From positions 1-45,897 of the forward strand of contig NW_021834707.1 in NCBI RefSeq assembly GCF_006345805.1: 45,897 bases of DNA, read 5' to 3'. The DNA is from Octopus sinensis. Taxonomy: Eukaryota. Within the stretch, counting starts at the first letter, position 1. The number at the start of each line of letters is the position of its first letter. The notes beneath the pieces are model-generated. The model searched no databases. It saw nothing but the letters and a program-made list of their open reading frames with translations, and was not told the origin of the DNA. Shown one piece after another: positions 36,255 to 45,897 of this stretch. The translations under genes were made by a program, and so were the position numbers.

Positions 36255-36657
36255 GAAAAGCAAAATATCACAAAACTTCTGGAATGTACCTTATACATGT
36301 GTTCCTGGTTCCCAAAATTTTTATCTGTGATCGACAAGCGATTGTGATAGTTTAAAGTGAAGTATGTAACAAGTATTCTGTTCTTCATTAATTCCCAAAT
36401 GCTTCTAAACTTTACCAGGAGGTCCTTGGTGTGAGGCATTCAAAAGGAAAACATTCCTTAAGGCTTCAAAAATATATATAGCTATTTGAAACTACCTACC
36501 AAGTGACAATCTGCCTGAATGAATATACACAAACACAAACAAATACACAAAGCATACGTATATATAATTTTCGCACACATACCTATTAAATATATTATAT
36601 ATACGTATTCATTTACAACTGTGTATAGAATGTGTGTGCCACATACATATATACATA

Positions 36658-36692
<35 letters not shown>

Positions 36693-37028
36693 TTATATAA
36701 ACATATACATATATATATATATGAATATGCATATATATATATATATATATATGTGTATATATATATATATATATAATATATATATTGCATACACACACAT
36801 ATGTACGTGTGTAAAACATTTGTATTCCATGGCTTTGTACGGGTGTCTTTCCGTCCATACTGACACAATGTACAGATATGTCAACACATAAATATGTGTG
36901 TGTGAGTGTGTGTGTGTGGATATTTGCGTAAACATGTAGGCAAATACGCACACACACACACACATATATATATATTATACAGATATATGTATATATATGA
37001 ATGTTATATATATTTATGTATATATTAT

Positions 37029-37064
<36 letters not shown>

Positions 37065-37075
37065 ATATTATCACA

Positions 37076-37107
<32 letters not shown>

Positions 37108-37289
37108 GAACACAATGTCTATGAAGCTTAATAAATTAAATTATCCAATAGCGAACCGTTAAAAGCACAAGTTCAGCGAGGCTTCAAAGAACGATATTCC
37201 GCCTCGGAGGCAACAGCAGATGTCGTTAGCATGTAAAATACGTACAAGCGCGCACACACACACACACACACCCAAATACACACACCCAA

Positions 37290-37362
<73 letters not shown>

Positions 37363-37747
37363 TGTCAATACAGACACAGGTTCACATACACGCACAATCA
37401 CATGTTTCATTAAAAGCACGACCATGTTCTAGTTTTGTATGTTTTAGTTCAGCTTTTCACGAGTTCATTACAGTTTCTTGCAGTTAGTTTGGAAGAATAA
37501 GGTTCCTAAATCTATATTCAATATGTTCGGATTCTTCATACTCTCATTTTCAAGAACTGACATGCATTTAGCATTTGATGTGCTCCTTATATACTGGTCG
37601 ATGTATACTTACATACATACATACATATAGACATACATACATACATACATACGTAGTGCTTACATACATACAGATATATGTTACATACATGCATTCATTC
37701 ATACAATACATACATATAACAATACATATACACACACTACAGACACG

Positions 37748-37794
<47 letters not shown>

Positions 37795-37802
37795 TATATA
37801 TC

Positions 37803-37872
<70 letters not shown>

Positions 37873-38054
37873 ATATATATATATATATATATAATATATA
37901 TATATATTATATATATATATATAATATTATATATATATACATCATACGATGCATGCTACAATAAAACAAGCATACATACATACAATACATACCTACATAT
38001 ATATAATATATACACACATACACGTACACATAATTTATATACATATATATATAT

Positions 38055-38600
38055 GGTGGCTGCCCACTCGTTATCGAGTATGGCCATTGCACGAAGCTTA
38101 ATCGATGTTATTATCGTGCAATGCCTGTGCAAGATTTTTTTAAAGTGAGGAAAGGCTGTGCACGAGTCAATCCCACTCACTAAGCAACAGCAGCCATAAT
38201 CCGAAAGGAAGAACAAGTCAACATCATCGGTAACCACTGAACCGCAGATTTTATGTCGGAGTTATCCCAGTTACCCGAGTTACCTTCTCCTAGCAGGATA
38301 CCCTAACAAAGGCTAGGAGTCCTTCACTCCAAATGGTTTAACTGCGCGATCGGGTATTCAGTCCGATTATTTCTATGTCCCCGCGCACGATACAGCCTTA
38401 AGGCATTTATTGGATGGCCGTTAACTCTCAAGACTTCCTCCGCCCTTTGACGGGTTTTCTTTTTCATCCCGCAGGATGTCCAATAAATACCCTCCTCACC
38501 AAGCAGGCTTGGTGGGGTTGCCGGTTTAATCGCCGACGACCCGACCATGCAGCAGGTTGTACTGGGTTACATGTTACCAGTAACACTCGAAAGTGACCTG
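38055..38600 (-). mobile_element. Structured repeat resembling an RTE-type LINE 5' UTR
   Basis: Minus strand has gctaggagaaggtaactc (RTE-like) and several hairpins; no ORF follows. Confidence 0.4.
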
Positions 38601-38673
38601 ACATAAACATATATATACATACTTATATATAGACATACATATATATATACATATATATGCATACATATACATA

Positions 38674-38997
38674 GGAGCACTCCGTCGGTTGCGACGAGGA
38701 GGGTCCCAGCTGATACGATCAAAAGAACAGTTTGCTCGTGAAATTAACGTGTAAGTAGCTGAGCACTCCACAGACACGTGTACCCCTAACGTAGTTCTCA
38801 GGGAGATTCAGCGTGACACAGAGTGACAAGGCTGGTCCTTTTTGAAATACAGGTACTACTCTTTTTTGCCAGCTGAGTGAACTGGATCAACATGAAATAA
38901 AGTGTCTTGCTCAAGGACACAACGCGCCGCCGGGAATTGAACTCAAGACCTTACGATCATGAGTCGAATGCCCTTAACCACTAAGCCACGCGCCTTC
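38674..38997 (-). mobile_element. tRNA-headed SINE (family C head, different tail)
   Basis: GGCTTAGTGGTTAAGGGC A box, GACTCATGATC anticodon-like loop (CAT), GAGTTCAATTCC B box, gtgtccttgagcaagacact core. Confidence 0.85.
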
Positions 38998-39254
38998 ACA
39001 CATACATACATACATACATACATACATACATACATACATACATACGTACGTACGTACATACATACGTACATACATACATACATACATACATACATACTAC
39101 ATACATACATACATACATACATACATACATACACGTACATACATACATACATACATACATACATACATACATACATACGTACATACATACGTACATACAT
39201 ACATACATACAATCAAAATTTCTGCCCTTGTGCCAAAAATAAGAAATGAATATT

Positions 39255-39458
39255 CTTTTCTGCTCTAGGCACAAGGCCCGAAACTTTGAGGGAGGCGGCC
39301 AGTCGATTAGATCGACCCCAGTACGCAACTGGTACTCAATTTATCGACCCCGAGAGAATGAAAGGTAAAGCGGAATTTGAACTCAAAACATAAAGACAGA
39401 CGAAATACCGCTAAGCATTTCGCCCGGCGTGCTAACGATTCTGCCAACTCGCTGCCCT
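39255..39458 (-). mobile_element. SINE A variant 2
   Basis: Family A sequence. Confidence 0.9.
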
Positions 39459-39789
39459 AAATAAGAATTGAATATTTTCCAAGCGATGAACGAATGAGTG
39501 TATATCCAATGGATGTGTAGAAGGTATTCCAAGAAATTCCAGACTGTCGATGTTTGCTTCCTTCCAGGTTTATTTAAATCATTTATTTCGCACTTTCTAC
39601 CCTTCTCTGTCTGTCTGCTTCTCTCACCTCCTCTCTTACTCTAAATTTCTGTCCACTTCTCGTCTTATTTCTACCCCCTCACGCACCTCACTCTCTTCCC
39701 ATTTTCTCCTTTCTTTTGTCAATAATCCCTCCTATTAATCTTTCTTCTCGTGTCACTCTGCCTCTTCTTTTTCTGTTCTCTCTCTCTCT

Positions 39790-39827
<38 letters not shown>

Positions 39828-40249
39828 TGTGTCTTTCTCTCTTCTGGTCATCGATCGCCTCACAAACTATGTCGTTGCATGTTCATATGTATGTCTCTAC
39901 GTGTTTGTGTGTGTGTGCGCACGCGTGATGTACGTGCATGTGCCTATAAGCACGCGAGATCAGCATCGATCTATTACTGGTTTTATTATAACAAACGTTT
40001 GGAAGGCACGAACAAAAGAAAGAAGTAAATTCATTGTCTTGAAGGTGAACAGCAATAGCAGCCAGGGCGAGAGAAGGGGAAACTGCCCAGAAACCAAGAG
40101 AAGAAAGAAGAGTAAGAACTCGGTGCTGGGAAGAAAGGAAAGCTTTAGCAATGGAGAAACTGACGAGAAGTGCATTTACTACGAATCTCTACAAAACCAG
40201 ACAAACCTTCTTAATCAATCAATCAATCATGTTTGTGTCCCCTCATAGT

Positions 40250-40466
40250 AATATTTTCAAAATTTGGCACAGGGCTAGTAATTTCGGGGGAAGGTGTTTG
40301 TGGATCGCATCGACCACAGTACACAATTGGTAATTATTTTATCGATCCTTAAAGAATGAAAAGCAAAGTCGACCTCGGCGGGATTTGAACTCAGAACGTA
40401 AAGACGGACGAAATGCTGTTGGGCATTCTGTCCGACGTGCTAACGATTCTGCCAGCTGACCGCCTT
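40250..40466 (-). mobile_element. SINE A variant 2
   Basis: Family A sequence. Confidence 0.85.
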
Positions 40467-40489
40467 GTACAGTCCTAATAACTCTTTTT

Positions 40490-40915
40490 ATTATAGGTAC
40501 AAGGCCTGAAATTTGGGGGAGTGGTATAGTCGAGCTGGCAGAATCGTTAGCACACTGGGCAAAATGCTAAGCAGCATTTAGTCCATCTTTCCGTTCTGAG
40601 TTCAAATTCCGCCGAAATCGACTTTGCCTTTCATCTTTCAGGGTCGATTAAATAAGTACCAGTTACGCACTGGGGTCGATATTATCGACTTAATCTGTCC
40701 TCGTTTGTCCCTTCTGTGTTTAGCCCCTTGTGGGTAGTAAAGAAATAGGTATAGTCGATTACATCGACCCCAATACTCAGCCTGTACTTATTTTATTGAC
40801 TCCGAAAGAATGAAAGGCGAAGTCGACCTCAGCGGAATTTGAACTCTGAATGTAAAAGACGGACGAAATGCCGTTAAGCATTCTGTCCGGGGTGCTAACG
40901 ATTCTGCCAGATCGC
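40490..40915 (-). mobile_element. SINE A variant 2 split by an opposite-strand SINE A
   Basis: Host sequence resumes at 40748. Confidence 0.85.
40534..40747 (+). mobile_element. SINE A variant 1 nested in SINE A, 11-bp TSD
   Basis: TSD ggtatagtcga at 40523-40533 and 40748-40758. Confidence 0.9.
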
Positions 40916-41195
40916 TGCTGTGTCCACACTTAATACTAATGACAGAAACAATAAAGATTTCTTTATCTGCCACAAGGGCAATACAAAATATATAACATTT
41001 CAGATTTATTACGTTGGATAACGGCTACAGATTTTATGGAATACAAAATTGTTGGTGTAGTTACGTCATTAGAAATTGTGTTGTTGTTTACCCCCCAAAT
41101 ATAGCTGGGGGTAACCAACAAATACACTGCCGGCTCTTTGCGACATCAGTGTCTGGAAAGATGCTGATATTCTATCAATTGTAGCAGCGAGCTTT

Positions 41196-41819
41196 GTCGA
41201 CTTAATCTGTTTGTCTGTCCTTGTTTGTCCTCACTGTGTTTAGCCCCTTGTGTATAGTAAAGAAATAGGTATTTCGTCGGCCGCTACGTTCTGAGTTCAA
41301 ATTCCGCCGTGGTCGATTTTGCCTTTCATCCTTTCGGGGTCGATAAATTAAGTACCAGTTATGCACTGGGGTCGATATAATCGACTTAATCCGTTTGTCT
41401 GTCCTTGTTTGTCCTCTCTGTATTTAGCCCCTTGTGGGTAGTAAAGAAATAGATATTTCGTCGGCCGCTACGTTCTGAGTTCAAATTCCGCCGAGGTCGA
41501 CGTTGCCTTTCATCCTTTCGGGGTCGATAAATTAAGTACCAGTTACGCACTGGGGTCGATATAATCGACTTAATCCGTTTGTCTGTCCTTGTTTGTCCTC
41601 TCTGTGTTTAGCCCCTTGTGGGTAGTAAAGAAATTGGTATTTCGTCTGCCGCTACGTTCTGAGTTCAAATTCCGCCGTGGTCGATTTTGCCTTTCATCCT
41701 TTCGGGGTCGATTAAATAAGTACCAGTTATGCACTGGAGTCGATGTAATCGACTTAATCCATTTGTCTGTCCTTGTTTGTCCTCTCTGTGTTTAGCCCCT
41801 TGTGGGTAATAAAGAAATA
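41196..41819 (+). repeat. Concatemer of headless SINE A: a 72-bp partial plus three 184-bp units
   Basis: Units start at 41268, 41452 and 41636, each at G(G/A)TATTTCGTC. Confidence 0.95.
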
Positions 41820-42010
41820 AGAATCGTTAGCACGCCGGGCAAAATGCTTAGCGACATTCCGTCCGTCTTTACGTTGTAAGTTCAAATTCTGCCGTGGTCG
41901 ACTTTGCCTTTTATCCTTTCGGAGTCGATAAAATGAGTACCAGTCAAGTACTGGGATCGATGTGATCGACTATCCCTCTCCTCACAAATTTTACTTTTAG
42001 TAGAAAGAAT
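41820..42010 (+). mobile_element. SINE A variant 2 abutting the concatemer
   Basis: gaatcgttagcacgccgggc...gactatccctctcc. Confidence 0.85.
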
Positions 42011-42849
42011 TATTAAAAGAGGTGCGGCCCTTGTTAAGTTCTGGTCAAACCCTATTCAGCAGAACTACGGTAAAAAGCTTTCCAGCCGTAACCATCACGC
42101 CCTTTGCATTGGGTTTCTTTCGTGTGGTAAAAGATACATCACAATTGGAGAGGTTATTATCGATTATATCGATTACAGCTTCATACTTGACTGCTATTTG
42201 TGTCATTGACTTCCGAAAGAAATAAAATACAATGCTGACTTTAGCGGGATTCGAACTAAATCATGGCAGGATATTTCGTCAAATATTATAGCGATTGCGC
42301 CATCAACTGTCCTTCATATCAGGAATATGCACACACACATAATTTATCAGGCGCATGCGCAGATTAAGTTGAATGCTATTAAATAGATGTTTGTCTATTC
42401 CAGCACGTGATTAGTTTGAGTTATTCAATATGGAAAGTCGCTCCTACATGTTAGATAGAGATTAGAAAAGGAGAGGGATACAGAGCGATGGGTGAGACAG
42501 AGAGTGATAAAGAAATATAGAGGAATTGAGGGAAAGAAGACCTACAGACGGTATGATAATGAGAGTATTATTTATTATACGTGTATGTTGTATCGTATAT
42601 ATATGCGTCCGTGCGACTGCGTGTAGGAAACAGGAAGACACGTGATTGGGCGATTACAGTGCGAAAAAAAAATATACAGTCCAGTAATAGCTTCGGATCT
42701 CATAGCCATGTTAAAAAATAATATAATAATAATAATAATTTAATCCACAAATAAGAAGAGGGGAAAGTGAAAGTAAAAAATAAATTTGACAAAAGAACTT
42801 TCCAGACTGCAGGAGGGCAAACGGCAGATTGCAAAAGTAAAATTAGGAC

Positions 42850-42907
<58 letters not shown>

Positions 42908-43297
42908 GGGGTTAAAGACGCTGGTTTGTTGATGTTGCAGCTACTGCCCTTGTACTTCTCCTTCGTAACAAAAAAAAAAAAAAAATTCTTTACTTATTTT
43001 CTGGTCGTTGTTGTTGTTGTTGTTGCTGTTGTTGTTCTTATTATGCTTGCTTTCTTTTATAATGGTGAATGAGTGAGTGAAGGTTTTTTTATTTATTTAT
43101 TTATATATAAGATATTTCTTTATTTTCTTAACAAAAAAAAAAACAAACAAAAAAATTCGCCGTTTTTTTTTTGGGGTCGTCGTTCTAAGCCGATAACTAT
43201 CCTATTGTGATTGAACCGTGTCGCTGCTTATCATAACAAAAATACCATCAACGAAAATCGCTTGCTCTTCCAATTGCCGAAGGCGCGTCCTCATAGC

Positions 43298-43363
<66 letters not shown>

Positions 43364-43729
43364 TGTTGTTGTTGTTGTTGTGTTTGCTGTTGTTGTCGTT
43401 CTTCGTCAGAGTGCACACAAATTATAATAATCTACAACACTAAAGTCATTATGATGTTTGTGTTTAGTTTTCTAGTGATTTTCTTTTTTCCTATATATAT
43501 TTTTTTTTAAAGGAGAGGAGGCGGGGGGGTTATTGCCCTTATGACATACAACTAAATCCCTTTGTATGAGTGTGTGTGTGTGTGTGTATGTAATCGTTTT
43601 TAATGGAGAAATTCGAACTAGACAAAACTCGGCGTTAAAAAGATTTATTTCATATCGCTCGAAGTTTGTAAATACTTATCACGTAAACAATACATATATA
43701 CACATACATACATACATACACACATATAA

Positions 43730-43762
<33 letters not shown>

Positions 43763-44357
43763 CATACATACATACACACATATAAACATACATATATATA
43801 AACATACATACATACATACATACATACATTCATACATACATACATACATACCATACATACATACATACATACATACATACTTATATGCGTGTCTTGTGTT
43901 TGTGTTTTATTGTCATCTATAATAGTAGATGGTCTATGTCTAATGCAGCCATTTGAAGGGATTTTTATGTCTCAACCTGATTTAAACTTTTGTATTTTTT
44001 CATATTTTTTCATACGTAGTTCAAAATAATATCAAGGGCTTTAAATATTTGCCCATAATTACAATACGATAAACACAAACACACATGCAGACATACACAC
44101 ACACACATACACGCATACACATATATATATGTATGTGTATATACACACGTGGGTGGGTGTATGTGCGTTAAAGGCACGAAATTGCGTTTGACTCACTGGC
44201 AGGTAACTGATGAAGAATTGGGGACATTCTGTTTTCCGTTCGTCTGTGCATTTATTATGTTTTTTAACTTGTCATCCTGTGTCTGTTTTTCGTTTGTGCA
44301 TTTACTATTAGTTTTTTAACCTATATATATACCCGACACAAACATACATACATACAT

Positions 44358-44585
44358 AAGGCGGCGAGCTGGCAGAATCGTTAGCACACCGGGTGAAATG
44401 CGTAGCCGTATTTCGTCTGCCACTGCATTCTGAGTTCAAATTCAAAGTTCGACTTTGCCTTTCATCCTTTCGGGGTCGATAAATTAAGTACCAGCCACGC
44501 AGTGGGGTCGATGTAATCGACTTAATCCGTTTGTCTGTCCTTGTTTGTCCCCTCTATGTTTAGCCCCTTGTGGGTAGTAAAGAAG
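44358..44585 (+). mobile_element. Full-length SINE A variant 1
   Basis: A-box-like TGGCAGAATCGTTAGC, B box GAGTTCAAATTC, tail gtagtaaagaag. Confidence 0.95.
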
Positions 44586-44662
44586 CACACACACATACAC
44601 ACACACACAATATATATATATATCTATATATATAGAGAGAGAGAGCAGAGAGAGAGATAGAT

Positions 44663-44726
<64 letters not shown>

Positions 44727-45001
44727 TACTCGACATTTGCAACTTGCAATTCTTGACATTTAACGTTACCAATTCCCAAGCAATATTTACATGAGACAAT
44801 TGCGCACACACGGACACAACACACTCGCGCGCGCGCAAACTTGCACATACACACACACTCGGAGAGAGGGAGAGAGAGAGAGAGAGAGAGTGAGAGAAAT
44901 AGTGAGAGAAACAGTGTGGTTATATCAAACTCAACAATACAGCATATAACACACGTGGTACAATTGAACTCTCTAGAAACAATGTGCATGCGTGCGTGTG
45001 T

Positions 45002-45042
<41 letters not shown>

Positions 45043-45329
45043 TAAGAAGCGAGTGCTTCGTTTTAACATGGCCGACATAATGCAATGACGTCACAACATT
45101 TAAGACAAGATGGCGTAGGAGATAATGGTGTTGGTGAGCTCATTGCCAGTATTAGTGAACGCCGGATTAACATCCGCTGATTGACAACATCTCTTTAGCA
45201 CATCAGTTTCAAGTGGACAGCCACTATTGATGGTGGACATTTCGACCAATATTTCCATGGTAGCCGAGACGGGACATAATTGCCCTAGTAGCAAAGCCTT
45301 TCTTCATACTATCTCTATATCTATCTTTT

Positions 45330-45373
45330 GCTCTTAATCTCTCACTCGCTGTCTCTCTTTCCCTTTCTTTTTG

Positions 45374-45404
<31 letters not shown>

Positions 45405-45618
45405 ATTTCTCTCTTTCCTTAATTCTATCTCTTTCGTTTCTCATTTCTTTTTCTGTTCCTTTAAGTCTGTCTCTTTCACTTGTATTTCCTATATCTTTAA
45501 TATCTTATCCCGCCACCCCCACAAACGCACACACACATGCGTGCGAACAGTATCTTTGAGTTCCTTTCACTATTTTATCTTTCTTTCCTTCACACTCCCT
45601 TCTTCTCTGTCTCTTTCT

Positions 45619-45653
<35 letters not shown>

Positions 45654-45781
45654 CTTCCGCTCAATCTCTCTTACTCTATTTCTGAGAAGTATCGATATAT
45701 CTCCGTTTGCAGGTCGACACATATATATCTATATACACTCATCAGTTTCGCTCAATCTATCTATCTAACTATCTATCTTCA

Positions 45782-45818
<37 letters not shown>

Positions 45819-45819
45819 G

Positions 45820-45863
<44 letters not shown>

Positions 45864-45897
45864 TTATTTGTCTATCTATCTATCTATCTATCTATCT
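45330..45897. repeat. (CT)n-rich and (TCTA)n low-complexity tract
   Basis: Read directly. Confidence 0.9.

Larger units (their letters stand above)
35060..36295 (+). pseudogene. Internally deleted mariner element with nested insertions
   Basis: AIKFCV...APEAYEMLQVVYG (HTH); GDNEPV...SYSSDLAPCDFWLFP|FPKLK; DKRIEVRGS; putative 3' end near 36270-36295. Confidence 0.8.

Noticed and set aside
38920-38997. tRNA-Met-like gene (CAT anticodon loop)
   Set aside because: No acceptor stem or T-run terminator; it continues into a SINE body, so it is a SINE head.
40035-40150. Basic KRRKKSK-containing reading frame
   Set aside because: Purine-rich low-complexity sequence with weak splice sites and no homology recognised.
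44207-44250. CTGATGA plus a perfect AGAAT/ATTCT stem
   Set aside because: Followed by GTTT rather than GAAA; at best a dead relic.

Overview
AT-rich, microsatellite-saturated animal genomic DNA, most likely an intronic or intergenic stretch of an octopus (coleoid cephalopod) genome. The species is inferred from the SINE families and the (TA)n/(CATA)n/(GATA)n load, not from a search. No host protein-coding gene can be supported; nearly all ORF-track entries are translations of simple repeats. The window holds many tRNA-headed SINEs (my labels A-F), decayed 3' fragments of CR1, Tx1/L1-like and R4/Dong-like LINEs, two mariner transposase relics, a GGATC-ended MITE family with 8-bp TSDs, a Helitron-like element, minisatellites and hairpins. 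The most unusual signal is a ~75-nt module in five places: three times in an ~820-bp tandem array at 30.6-32.7 kb, and in two diverged SINE-like copies at 9.9 kb (truncated) and 12.0 kb. It contains the hammerhead core motifs (CUGANGA, GAAA, UH) and three helices, two with compensatory changes, but in a non-canonical pseudoknotted order. This suggests a retrozyme-like element with an atypical ribozyme, but activity is untested. Boundaries of degenerate repeats are approximate (tens of bp).
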